A stretch of 64,000 bases of DNA from assembly GCA_963674965.2 (NCBI GenBank), contig CAXXFL010000007.1, forward strand, positions 224,001 through 288,000. The letters are read 5' to 3'. Both the position numbers and the translations under genes were made by a program. The notes beneath the pieces were generated by a model that saw only the letters and a list, made by a program, of their open reading frames with translations, had not been told where the DNA came from and ran no database searches. Positions 17,231-26,734 of this stretch are shown here, piece after piece. The stretch is from a bacterium (GTDB lineage Bacteria > RBG-13-61-14 > DATKZS01). Position 1 is the stretch's first letter; each line of letters opens with the position of its first letter.

Positions 17231-17333
17231 CTCACGAGGTCCATCGGGGCGACGGCCCCCAGTTTAATGACGATTTTTGCACATGGGGCCGTTCCTGTCC
17301 AATGTATGGAAAGGAACTGAGTGGGCGCGCTGT

Positions 17334-18296
17334 TTAAAGGGGAGCGGGGGTCGAGTCGACGATTTCCTCGATGGCCTCCCGGGCGGTCCTTCTTTTCTCG
17401 CCGGACGGTCCGGCCCCGGCGGGGACCACGCGGTGGGCGAGAACGGGCACGGCCATGTCCTTGACGTCGTCGGGCAGGACGAAGTCCCTTCCCTCGAGCA
17501 GGGCGTTGGCCTTGCATGCCTGCCGCAGCGCCAGCGATCCCCTGGGGCTGGCGCCCAGTCTAAGACCCGGGCGGTTCCTCGTTCGTCCCACTATCTCCAG
17601 CAGGTAGTCGGCCACCTCGGGTCCCATCCTTACGGAGTCCACCTTTTGCTGCCACGAGATGATTTCCTCGGCGCCCATGACGGAGGGGATATCCAGGGTC
17701 GCGGGACCGGATCGGGGCCGCGTCAGCATCTCCCTCTCCCTCTCGAGGGACGGATACCCCACGGGCACGCTCATGAGGAAGCGGTCGAGCTGGCTGTCGG
17801 GCAGGGGGTAAGTTCCATGGTGCTCGATGGGGTTTTCAGTGGCGATGACCATGAAGGGATGGGGAAGGGAGATGGTCTCGCCCTCGATGGTCACCTGGTT
17901 CTCGCTCATGGCCTCGAGCAGGGCGCTTTGAGTGCGGGGAGTGGTGCGGTTGATCTCGTCGGCCAGCACCACGCAGTGGAAGATGGGCCCGGGCATGAAC
18001 TTGAACTCTCCAGCCGCGGGCTCGTAGACCTTTACGCCCAGTATGTCGGATGGAAGCAAGTCGGAGGTGAACTGGATTCGCCGGAAGGAGCAGTCGATGG
18101 ACCTGGCCAGCGCCCGGGCCAGGGTGGTCTTGCCCACTCCCGGCACGTCGTCGATCAGCACGTGTCCCCGCGCCAGCATGGACACGAGCATCTTCCTTAC
18201 CACCTCCTCCTTGCCCAGGATCACCGAGCTTATCGATTCCCCCAGCTTCTTAAGCCCGTCGGGAGCGGAAAAACCATCGTCCATCTTTTTAGCCAA
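17334..18296 (-). CDS. MoxR-family AAA+ ATPase
   Basis: DVPGVGKT, RIQFTSDLLPSD, DEINR, QLDRF, GASPR. Confidence 0.95.
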   Translation of the reverse strand: MAKKMDDGFSAPDGLKKLGESISSVILGKEEVVRKMLVSMLARGHVLIDDVPGVGKTTLARALARSIDCSFRRIQFTSDLLPSDILGVKVYEPAAGEFKFMPGPIFHCVVLADEINRTTPRTQSALLEAMSENQVTIEGETISLPHPFMVIATENPIEHHGTYPLPDSQLDRFLMSVPVGYPSLEREREMLTRPRSGPATLDIPSVMGAEEIISWQQKVDSVRMGPEVADYLLEIVGRTRNRPGLRLGASPRGSLALRQACKANALLEGRDFVLPDDVKDMAVPVLAHRVVPAGAGPSGEKRRTAREAIEEIVDSTPAPL

Positions 18297-18365
18297 ACCC
18301 GTGCCTCCTATTAACCCGGACGAAATACTGAGCTTCCGTCGCGGTCCACTCGTCGGCCTCCGCGC

Positions 18366-19358
18366 TTACTTATTCGCCAGGTCGCGGGATGTGACCCTCT
18401 CTTGCCGGTCGGATAAAACGCGGTGAGACTTTTTCTGGAACCGCGCCTCCCTCGTCCCGTCGGGTCTTCTTTTCCACCGGTTGTGGGCCCAAAGCCACTG
18501 CTCGGGGTATTGCCTTATCGTGCTTTCCACCTCGTTGGCGATGAGTTGGGTCACGACCCGGTTGTTCTCGTCCGCGTCGGCCGTAATCTCGTACTCGAGC
18601 GGCTTTTTGAACACCACGCGAAAATGCCCGGGCTTCGTCCTGATAATCCAATAGGGTATGAGCGGTATGTCGTACTTCCAGGCAAGGTAGCCGGGAACAA
18701 CGTGGCTCGAGGCCTCCCTCCCGAAAAAATTGACGAATATGCCCTGCTTGCTTCTCGATTCCTGGTCCATGTAAAGGCCGATCAACTCGCCCCTCTCCGC
18801 CCTCTCCACGATGAGCTTGCCGGTGCCGCTGGTGGTGACGATCCTGCCCCCGAACTTGTCGGCCAGAAAGTCCAGAAGCTCCTGCATGTAAGGGTTGCGA
18901 AGAGGCCGCGCCACCATGTTGAAACCCGGGCATTTGGGAAAGCGATAGAGCACCGAGCCCATCGAGGTCCAGCCCCCGAAGTGGCCGCCGAAAACGAAAA
19001 ACCCCTTGCCCTCCTCGATGCACTTGTCCACGTGCTCTCCTCCCACGATCTCGAAATGCTTCTCCCATTTGGGATACATGGCGTCCATGCATAAAAGCTC
19101 GCCAAAGCTGAGGCAGAGATTGATCATGGACTCCCTGGCTATCCGCTCCTTCTCGGAGGCGCTCATCGATTCGCCGAAGGCATGGTCCAGATTATAGAGC
19201 ATGAGCTCGCGCCGGTTGCGCAAAAGACGATAGGCCAGCGCGCCCACCGCCCGGGATACCGCGAACGTAATTCCCATTGGAATAAAGCGGCAGAGAAACA
19301 GATTGAACTTGGCTATGGCGTAAACTGTCCAGTTAATTATTTTCATCAGTCCCCTCAT
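18366..19358 (-). CDS. LpxL/HtrB-family lipid A late acyltransferase, paralog 2
   Basis: NLDHAF, HFGGWT, RPLRNP, MDQ, VNFFG, YPEQWLWAHNRWK. Confidence 0.88.
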   Translation of the reverse strand: MRGLMKIINWTVYAIAKFNLFLCRFIPMGITFAVSRAVGALAYRLLRNRRELMLYNLDHAFGESMSASEKERIARESMINLCLSFGELLCMDAMYPKWEKHFEIVGGEHVDKCIEEGKGFFVFGGHFGGWTSMGSVLYRFPKCPGFNMVARPLRNPYMQELLDFLADKFGGRIVTTSGTGKLIVERAERGELIGLYMDQESRSKQGIFVNFFGREASSHVVPGYLAWKYDIPLIPYWIIRTKPGHFRVVFKKPLEYEITADADENNRVVTQLIANEVESTIRQYPEQWLWAHNRWKRRPDGTREARFQKKSHRVLSDRQERVTSRDLANK

Positions 19359-19396
19359 TTATTAAGCGCGGCCGAGAGTCGATCGGGGATCGAAGT

Positions 19397-20410
19397 TCAA
19401 TCGCGCCTTCCTCTCTCGCTCTCCCAGTTTTTCGACCTTTCCGCCGCCTCCTTGGAGGTCATGAAGGCGCCCTTCTTTTTATATTTCATCCGCCTTCTCT
19501 CAAACCTGGGATCGATCGTTCCATCCGGGCGTCTGCGCCAGCGGTTATGGGCCCACAGCCATTGCTCGGGATATTCCTTGATGGTCCGCTCCACCTCGTT
19601 GGCAATAAGCTGCGTGACGACGCGATTGTTTTCATCGGGGTCGTCCGTCAACTCGTACTTCAAAGGCTCGCGCAGTATTACCCGGTACTTTCCAGGCTTT
19701 TCCCGCAATACCCAGTAAGGAATAAGAGGTATGTCGTTCTTCCACGCCAGGTAGCCGGGGACCACGTGACTGCTCGCCTTCCTTCCGAAAAAGTCCACGA
19801 ATATGCCCTGGCTTCCCTTTGATTCCTGGTCCATATACAGTCCTATCAACTCTCCTTTTAACGCCCGTTCCTCGATCAGGGCCCCGGTCCCGCTGGTGCT
19901 GACGTACTTTCCCTTGTGCTTCTCGATGAAGTGCTCGAACAACCCCTGGATATAGGGGTTCCTCACCGGGCGAGCCACCAGGTTGAATCCGGGACAACGG
20001 TCGAATCGATAACATACGCAGGCGTTAAGGGTCCACGCCCCGAAATGGCCGCCGAAGACGAAAAACCCCTTGCCCTGGTCGATGACCTTCTCCACGTGCT
20101 CGTCGCCCTCGATGATAAAATGCTCCCGCCAGTTTTCGTAAATCTGGTCCATGTGTATCAACTCGCCAAGGCTCCAGAAAAGGTGCTCGAAGCATTTCGC
20201 GGCGATCTCTTCCCTTTGTTCCTCGGTGGTATGGTCTCCCAGGGCTATCTCCAGGTTGTACATCATAAGCTCGCGTCTTTTCTTCATCAGCCGGTAGGCT
20301 ACGCGGCCCAGGCCTCCCGTCCACCAGTAGGTAAAGCTCATCGGAACGATCCTGGCGATCCAGACCACCAGTTGCAGGATTCCGAAAATTACCATGTTCC
20401 AGAACTTCAA
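19397..20410 (-). CDS. LpxL/HtrB-family lipid A late acyltransferase, paralog 1
   Basis: NLEIAL, HFGAWT, RPVRNP, MDQ, VDFFG, YPEQWLWAHNRWR. Confidence 0.88.
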   Translation of the reverse strand: MKFWNMVIFGILQLVVWIARIVPMSFTYWWTGGLGRVAYRLMKKRRELMMYNLEIALGDHTTEEQREEIAAKCFEHLFWSLGELIHMDQIYENWREHFIIEGDEHVEKVIDQGKGFFVFGGHFGAWTLNACVCYRFDRCPGFNLVARPVRNPYIQGLFEHFIEKHKGKYVSTSGTGALIEERALKGELIGLYMDQESKGSQGIFVDFFGRKASSHVVPGYLAWKNDIPLIPYWVLREKPGKYRVILREPLKYELTDDPDENNRVVTQLIANEVERTIKEYPEQWLWAHNRWRRRPDGTIDPRFERRRMKYKKKGAFMTSKEAAERSKNWESERGRRD

Positions 20411-21519
20411 ATTACTTCCTCCTTATCCTCAACCATATCGAGCATTCTCGAGAAAAATTCATTTTCCTTTCCGAAAAAATCCAGTTCGATCGCGAGGGCG
20501 GCCAGTGGAAAGCCCCCGGTCCAGGCCGGATCGATCTTTACCATGTCCTTTTCAGTCGTTACCACCGCCGCCGCGCCCGACGACTCGGCCCGGCGCGTCA
20601 GTTCCATAAGTTCCCTTTCAGTATAGGCGTGATGGTCCCTAAAGGAAACCATACCGGTCACTTTCAGCCCGGCTTCTTCCAAGGTCCGCGCAAAGGCCTC
20701 GGGCGATCCTATTGCGCAGAAGGCTAAAACGGCCTCGTTCGAGCCGATCTCTCGAGTAATTCCCAAGGGACGTGGACGCGAGAGGAAAAGGGAGGGACCC
20801 GCCCGAAACCTATCAAGCCACGGCCAGGGGGGAGGCTCCGGGGAGTGAGACCTCGAGACCACCACCATGCCCGCCCGGGCCACCGCGGACATTGGTTCCC
20901 TTCGGGGCCCCCTTGGCAAGAGGTACTCGTCCGACGGGTCGCGTTCCGCGTCAACCACCAGTATATCCAGGTCCCGTTGCAGGGCCAGGTGCCCGAAGCC
21001 GTCGTCAAGCACGAGGTATTGGGCGCCGAAGCTCGAGACGGCGAGCCTCGCGGCCAAAGTCCTCTTTGCTCCTATTATCACGGGCACTCCCGGCAGTTTT
21101 CTCGCCAATAAAAAAGGCTCGTCCCCCGCCTCTTTCGGTCCGAGAAGTATCTCGGACCCGTTTGAGACGATGGCCGCGCCCTTGCTCTTTCCCTTGTATC
21201 CTCTGCTTATTATGGCCGGGCCTAGTCCCCTTTCCCGGAGTTCCCGAGCGATCGCCGCCACAAGCGGGGTCTTGCCCACGCCTCCCACCGTCAGGTTCCC
21301 CACCACGATAACCCGCGCGTCCACCTGGGTGGATTCGAGACGGCCCGTTTCATAGGCGAGTTCCCTGGCCCTGGCGGCGCCGCCATATAGAAAGGAAGCG
21401 CAAAGGAGAGGGCTGAGGATTAACCTTTTGGTAAAGGACGTCCCGCCTCGGGGCGACCAAACAAGGTCTTCCCATTTTTTGCTCGCGGGTTTCATATCCT
21501 TGGGGTTCGAGGCCGTCAA
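20407..21519 (-). CDS. lpxK: Tetraacyldisaccharide 4'-kinase LpxK
   Basis: VGNLTVGGVGKTP, SRGY, GDEP, LDDGFGH, FRDHH, TTEKD. Confidence 0.94.
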   Translation of the reverse strand: MTASNPKDMKPASKKWEDLVWSPRGGTSFTKRLILSPLLCASFLYGGAARARELAYETGRLESTQVDARVIVVGNLTVGGVGKTPLVAAIARELRERGLGPAIISRGYKGKSKGAAIVSNGSEILLGPKEAGDEPFLLARKLPGVPVIIGAKRTLAARLAVSSFGAQYLVLDDGFGHLALQRDLDILVVDAERDPSDEYLLPRGPRREPMSAVARAGMVVVSRSHSPEPPPWPWLDRFRAGPSLFLSRPRPLGITREIGSNEAVLAFCAIGSPEAFARTLEEAGLKVTGMVSFRDHHAYTERELMELTRRAESSGAAAVVTTEKDMVKIDPAWTGGFPLAALAIELDFFGKENEFFSRMLDMVEDKEEVI

Positions 21520-21560
21520 AACGCTCGCTTGGGTACCCTAGGCGTCTTCACGCTTTTGGT

Positions 21561-23414
21561 TCATTGCGCTTCCTCTTCCAATTCCAGGCCGCCATTATCG
21601 GGTTCCTTGTCCGCGTAGTGGTCCACGGCGTGCTTGCCCAGGAAGAACTGCATCTCGTATAGCCTCCTGTACTCGCCGTCCTGGCCCATGAGCTGCACGT
21701 GAGTCCCCTGCTCGACGACCCGTCCGTCCTTGATGACGACGATCTTGTCGGCGTGCCGTATGGTGGAAAGCCGGTGCGCGATGGCGATGGTCGTCCTGTC
21801 CCTCATGAGGCTGTCCAGGGCCTTTTGCACTTCCCTTTCGCTGGTGGTGTCGAGGGCGGAGGTGGCCTCGTCCAGGACGAGAATGGGCGGGTCCTTTAAA
21901 AGGGCCCGGGCGATGGCCAGGCGCTGTTTCTCGCCGCCCGAGAGCCTGACGCCCCTCTCCCCGATAACGGTGTCGTAGCCCTTGGGAAGCTGGGTGATGA
22001 AGTCGTGAGCGTTGGCCACCTTGGCCGCGGCCATCACGTGGTCCATGCCCTTACCCTCGGAGCCGTAGAGGATGTTCTGGGCCACGGTCAGGTTAAAAAG
22101 GAAGGTTTCCTGCGTCACTACTCCAATCTGCATGCGCAGGCTCCTGAGGGTCGCCCTCCTTATGTCCAGGCCGTCGATCTTGATGGACCCTTCCTGGATG
22201 TCGTAGAACCTGGGCAGCAGGTTGACCACCGTGCTCTTGCCCGAGCCCGACTCTCCCACCAGGGCCACCAGCTCGCCGGCCTTGATTTCAAGGTTGAAGT
22301 CCCTGAGCACGTAGTCCTTGTCGTACTTGAAGTTGACGCCCTCGTAAACGATGGACTCGCGCATGTTGGGAATCTCGACGGCCTCCTCGTCCTCGGTGAC
22401 GGTGCTGGTCCGCTCGAAGGTCTCCCGTATCCTTTCCATGGCGCCGTAGGCCGCGGTGAACTGGCCCGCCGTGGTTCCCAGTTTTCTCACCGGAGTGTAC
22501 ATAAGGGCCAGCGCGATGAGAAAGCTAGACACCTTGGTAAAGAACTCCCTCATGGCCTCGTCGTTACTGAGGAGCTCGGGGTCTATGTTATAGACCAGGT
22601 AGTAGGCGATGGGCGCTATGGCGAAGGCCGCTATAAAGCCGATCAGGGGAGAGATCATGTGCTTGACGGCGGCGAACTTGAAGTTAATCTTGAGCAGGCT
22701 GTTGGTCTCGTCCGCGTATTTGTCGACCTCCCTATCCTCCATGGCGAAGGCTTTCACCACCTTGGCTCCCGAATAGGTCTCCTGCATGGTGCTGTTTATC
22801 TCCGCCACCTGGCTGAGTCCCTTCTTGGTGTAGGACTTCATGGCCGTGCTGATGCGCTGGACCGGATACACCGTGGCCGGTATGGCCAGGATGGCGAAGG
22901 CCGAGAGCTTGGGGTCCTGGTAAAAACACACCCCCGCCAGGAAGATAAGAGTAAAAACGTTGTGGAGAACGTCAATGGACATGGGAACGACGCGGTTCAT
23001 TCGTGAGACGTCGTTCACCGTTCTCGACATCATCTTGCCCGTTGTGGTCCTTTCATAGTGGTCGAGAGAGAGGTACATGAAGTGTTTGTAAAGGGCCACC
23101 TGCATGTCTCTTACCACTCTAATGCACAGCCTCTCGAGCAGGTACTTGGATGAAAAGTTGAAGATGCCGCGCCAGGCGAAGATGACGATGATTCCCACCG
23201 GCACGAGCCAGAGAATTTCTCTGCCCTTTTCGGGGTTCAGCACGAAGAACTCCGTAAAGGGGGAGGCCAGTCCAGCCAGGCCCGGATCGGCGGCCGAGGC
23301 CATAACGGAAAGAATCAACACCACCCAGAGCATGCCCTTGTAGGGCTTGAAATAGGGCCAGGCGTATTGCCAGGTAAGTTTATATTGCGCGACCTTATCG
23401 TTATTTTGACTCAA
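21561..23414 (-). CDS. msbA: MsbA-like lipid A/LPS ABC flippase
   Basis: TMD plus NBD with GESGSGKST, LSGGEKQR, LDEATS, IAHR; likely TTG start 23414 with GGAGA RBS overlapping the upstream stop. Confidence 0.9.
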   Translation of the reverse strand: MSQNNDKVAQYKLTWQYAWPYFKPYKGMLWVVLILSVMASAADPGLAGLASPFTEFFVLNPEKGREILWLVPVGIIVIFAWRGIFNFSSKYLLERLCIRVVRDMQVALYKHFMYLSLDHYERTTTGKMMSRTVNDVSRMNRVVPMSIDVLHNVFTLIFLAGVCFYQDPKLSAFAILAIPATVYPVQRISTAMKSYTKKGLSQVAEINSTMQETYSGAKVVKAFAMEDREVDKYADETNSLLKINFKFAAVKHMISPLIGFIAAFAIAPIAYYLVYNIDPELLSNDEAMREFFTKVSSFLIALALMYTPVRKLGTTAGQFTAAYGAMERIRETFERTSTVTEDEEAVEIPNMRESIVYEGVNFKYDKDYVLRDFNLEIKAGELVALVGESGSGKSTVVNLLPRFYDIQEGSIKIDGLDIRRATLRSLRMQIGVVTQETFLFNLTVAQNILYGSEGKGMDHVMAAAKVANAHDFITQLPKGYDTVIGERGVRLSGGEKQRLAIARALLKDPPILVLDEATSALDTTSEREVQKALDSLMRDRTTIAIAHRLSTIRHADKIVVIKDGRVVEQGTHVQLMGQDGEYRRLYEMQFFLGKHAVDHYADKEPDNGGLELEEEAQ

Positions 23415-24382
23415 GACAAATCTCCATGACCCGGCGGCGACCCTATCCGCTCGAGAACGGCGAGGGCGACCTCGAGGGCCCTCCTCGCGTCCTCCCCCGT
23501 GACCAGGGGCTTTTGCCGGGTCTTGACGCACTTTATAAAGGATAGCACCTCGAGCTCGAGCGCGTCTTTTTGATCGAGGGGCACCTCGTCAATCTGTATC
23601 CTGGACATGGGGTCCGAGCTGTCGCCCTCCCCGAGGGTGAATACCGCCATCCTCTGGGTCTGATAGTCTATGCTGGTATAGCTTTCGCTTTGGAAAATCC
23701 TGATTTTCCTGATTCCTTCACCCAGGGAAACCCTGCTGGCGGTAAGGTTGGCCACGGCCCCGTTCTCGAACTCGAGGCGGGCGTTGGCTATATCGACTTT
23801 CTCCGACAGCACGGGTATGCCCACGGCCGAAATCCTGGAAATTGACGACTTGACGAAGCTTAGCACTATGTCCAGGTCGTGGATCATCAGATCGAGCACC
23901 ACGTCGATGTTGGCCGCTCTTTCCCGAAAAGGACCCAGCCTCTCGGCCTGGATAAAGGCGGGCTTAACCACCGAGTCGGCCAGTTTCAATATGGGCGGGT
24001 TGAAGCGCTCCAGGTGGCCGATGGTAAAAATTCGATCGTGTTTTCGCGCCAGCTCGATCAGCTCGTCGGCCTGGCCTACGGTCTCGGTAATGGGTTTCTC
24101 GAGCAGAACGTCAAGCCCGGCCTCGAGGCAGTCCCTTGCCATCTCGAAATGCAGGGGCGTGGGAGAGGCGATGGAAACGGCGTCGACTTCGCCGAAAACC
24201 TCGCGATAATCGGTCTTGGCGATCGCGCCCGAGGCCCGGGCGACCTCCTCGGCCCTTTTCCCGTCCCGGTCGACGCAATAGACAAGTTCGGCCTCGGAGG
24301 AGGAGGCGTACTTCTGGGCGTGGAACTTGCCCAGGTATCCCACCCCGATTACGGCGGTCCTGACCGGCGCGTCACTAGTCAT
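23411..24382 (-). CDS. Gfo/Idh/MocA oxidoreductase, GnnA-like (candidate UDP-GlcNAc 3-dehydrogenase)
   Basis: GVGYLG, EKP, GHLERFNP, DLMIHDLD, ANLTASRVS; position directly after lpxA-lpxI. Confidence 0.8.
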   Translation of the reverse strand: MTSDAPVRTAVIGVGYLGKFHAQKYASSSEAELVYCVDRDGKRAEEVARASGAIAKTDYREVFGEVDAVSIASPTPLHFEMARDCLEAGLDVLLEKPITETVGQADELIELARKHDRIFTIGHLERFNPPILKLADSVVKPAFIQAERLGPFRERAANIDVVLDLMIHDLDIVLSFVKSSISRISAVGIPVLSEKVDIANARLEFENGAVANLTASRVSLGEGIRKIRIFQSESYTSIDYQTQRMAVFTLGEGDSSDPMSRIQIDEVPLDQKDALELEVLSFIKCVKTRQKPLVTGEDARRALEVALAVLERIGSPPGHGDLS

Positions 24383-25220
24383 GGGCCTTTGCCTCCTCCT
24401 CGGTCAGCCCGGCCACGATAATGCCGAGGTCGTTGGCCCTCTGGATCACCTTCCCCTTTTCCACCATGAGCACCATCCCGGCCTCGACCGCTAAAAGGGC
24501 CGCGTTCGAGGCCCTCATGGTCTCGATGGTCTCGATGCCCACGGCGGGAACGTCGAAGCGGAGGTCCTGGCCGGGCTTGGCCACCTTGACCACGCATACC
24601 CCGCCCTTGCCCAGCTCGGACCCGCGCCTGATGGCCTGGTCCGTGCCCTCGACGGCCTCGACCGCCATGACGGCCCCGTTCTTGACCACCACCGTCTGCC
24701 CCACGTCGAGGCCTCCCATGGCCTTGGCCATGTGGAAGCCGAACCTTACGTCCTTCATCTGGTGGGGCTCGGGCTTCTTGTCCGTCAGCTCGCCCGAGGG
24801 CGCCAGATGATCGCCCAGGAAGTCGGTCACCTTGAGGACCTTTATCCCGTACTCCTCCAGGGTATCCAGGAGTTTTTTCATCATGGTGTCCACGCGCCGG
24901 TCAGGCAGCTGCCGCCACAGCTCGAGGGCCAGGTCGTCGAACTTGGGCGCGCCGACGACGACGCTGGTCTGGGTTACGCCTCCGATGGTCACGGCTTTGT
25001 CGTATCCGAGTTCCTTGATTTTTTCCAGGAGAGAGCTGATCTGGATGAAGGGCACGTGAAAGAGCTCGTCCACCTCCTCGGCCAGTTTGGGAGACATGAC
25101 GCCCTCGAAACCGAAGGCCCCCACGGCGTATCCCTTCTGTCGGGCGGCCCTGGCCACCAGGGCCGGAAGGCTTCCGGAACCGGCGAGGATCGCCAGTTTG
25201 TCAGTCCCGGTAGACGCCAC
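24375..25220 (-). CDS. lpxI: UDP-2,3-diacylglucosamine diphosphatase LpxI
   Basis: ILAGSGSLP, DVGQ, AVEAVEGTD, KPGQDLRFDVPAVG. Confidence 0.93.
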   Translation of the reverse strand: MASTGTDKLAILAGSGSLPALVARAARQKGYAVGAFGFEGVMSPKLAEEVDELFHVPFIQISSLLEKIKELGYDKAVTIGGVTQTSVVVGAPKFDDLALELWRQLPDRRVDTMMKKLLDTLEEYGIKVLKVTDFLGDHLAPSGELTDKKPEPHQMKDVRFGFHMAKAMGGLDVGQTVVVKNGAVMAVEAVEGTDQAIRRGSELGKGGVCVVKVAKPGQDLRFDVPAVGIETIETMRASNAALLAVEAGMVLMVEKGKVIQRANDLGIIVAGLTEEEAKAHD

Positions 25221-25980
25221 GGCTTGAACCCCGAATGAACTCGATCACGTGACCCACCTCGGGCACGCTCGAGAACTCGCCCTCGGCCTGGGCCAGGCCC
25301 TCCTCGAGGCTGAGTCCTTTTTTGAAGATCAGGCGGTAGGCTCGGCGGAGCTTCTTTCTGGACTCCTCGTCCATGCCGATGCGCCTTAATCCCACCCTGT
25401 TCAGGCCCGCGAACTTGATGGGTTCCCCCCCCACCAGCGCGAAGGGAGGAGCGTCCTTGCTCAGCTTGGCCCCGGCCCCTATCATCACCGCCCGGCCCAC
25501 CCGGCAGTGCTGATGGACGGCCGTAAACCCGCCCAGGACCGCGTCGTCCTCCACCTCCACGTGGCCGGCCAGGGTCGAGAGATTGGCCATGATGACGCGG
25601 TCGCCCACCTTGCAATCGTGGGCCACGTGACAGCCGATCATGATGAAGCAGTCGTTGCCTATCCTGGTCACGCCGCCGCCCTCCAGGGTGCCCCTGTTGA
25701 TAGTGGAGTACTCCCGAATCCTGTTGCCGTCTCCTATCTCGACCCTGGTTTCCTCGCCTTTATAGTTCACGTGCTGCGGCTCGGTCCCTATCGATGCGAA
25801 AGGGCCTATCTTGTTTTTCTTTCCCATGGAGACGAGGCCCTCGATGACGGCGTGGGGACCTATTTCCGTCCCGTCGCCGATGACGACCTTGTCCCCGATA
25901 ACGGCAAAAGGACCGATCTTGACGTCCGCGCCGATTACGGCGCCGTCCGCCACCGCGGCCCTGGTGTCGATCCCGGACAT
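25201..25980 (-). CDS. lpxA: Acyl-ACP--UDP-GlcNAc acyltransferase LpxA
   Basis: Hexapeptide repeats, IREYSTINRGT, HVAHDC, AGHV, VHQ, GLNRVGLRR. Confidence 0.96.
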   Translation of the reverse strand: MSGIDTRAAVADGAVIGADVKIGPFAVIGDKVVIGDGTEIGPHAVIEGLVSMGKKNKIGPFASIGTEPQHVNYKGEETRVEIGDGNRIREYSTINRGTLEGGGVTRIGNDCFIMIGCHVAHDCKVGDRVIMANLSTLAGHVEVEDDAVLGGFTAVHQHCRVGRAVMIGAGAKLSKDAPPFALVGGEPIKFAGLNRVGLRRIGMDEESRKKLRRAYRLIFKKGLSLEEGLAQAEGEFSSVPEVGHVIEFIRGSSRGVYRD

Positions 25981-26047
25981 GATATCCTCCTGGTTTTTCC
26001 GGAGACGCCTACAATCCGGCGCCTCCTTATCCTCCGACTTGGCGGCC

Positions 26048-26671
26048 CTACTTGTCCAGTTCCTTTATAACCTCGTCGGTAATGTCGAAGGCCGGGTCAC
26101 GATAGATGATGGGATTGAAATTGGGCAGGTTCGAGGCGGGCGGAGACACGTCCAGGACAAGGCAGTACCCGCCCTTCTTTCCGATTTCCTCCATCACCTT
26201 ATTGAGATCGTCCTCCAGCGGCTTGAGGGTCTCGTTCTTCTTGGCGTTAAGGTCCTCTTGTATCTTGGCCCTCTCGATCTGCAACTCGTTAAGCTTGTTG
26301 TTGTACTGGCTTTGCATGGTCTGAAGCTCGAGGTTTTTATTGGCCCTGGTGTACTGGTCCCAGAGCTGGCCCTTCTGGATGATCTCCTCGGAAAGGGAGG
26401 AGATTTTTTTCTGCATCTCCTCGAGCTGTTTCTGTTTGGTCTTGAGAGGGGCAAAGGCCTTGTCCTTCTCCGCCTCCAGCGACTCTTTTACCTTAATGCC
26501 GGCCTTGCTCTCCTCGAGCACCCTCTGGAGGTTGACGAAGCCCACCTTGCAAACCGCCTGAGGAGCGGGGGCCGCGGCGTCCTGGGCCCGGGCCCCGAGC
26601 GAGGCCAGACACCCGGCCAGGACAATAATAAAAGCAAGCGACAATCCTTTTATTCCATGATTCATTTGCAT
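26048..26671 (-). CDS. skp: Skp/OmpH periplasmic chaperone
   Basis: Signal peptide, KVGFVNLQRVL, coiled coil, DITDEVIK; follows bamA. Confidence 0.9.
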   Translation of the reverse strand: MQMNHGIKGLSLAFIIVLAGCLASLGARAQDAAAPAPQAVCKVGFVNLQRVLEESKAGIKVKESLEAEKDKAFAPLKTKQKQLEEMQKKISSLSEEIIQKGQLWDQYTRANKNLELQTMQSQYNNKLNELQIERAKIQEDLNAKKNETLKPLEDDLNKVMEEIGKKGGYCLVLDVSPPASNLPNFNPIIYRDPAFDITDEVIKELDK

Positions 26672-26734
26672 TTCGCACCTTCCTTTCAATGTTTTCGCCT
26701 CGATGGGCCGGACGATTTCAACCGGCCGACCTCC

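Noticed and set aside
23415-23531. Longer msbA start in the ORF track
   Set aside because: Overlaps the upstream gene; TTG 23414 has an RBS and a coupled TTGA overlap
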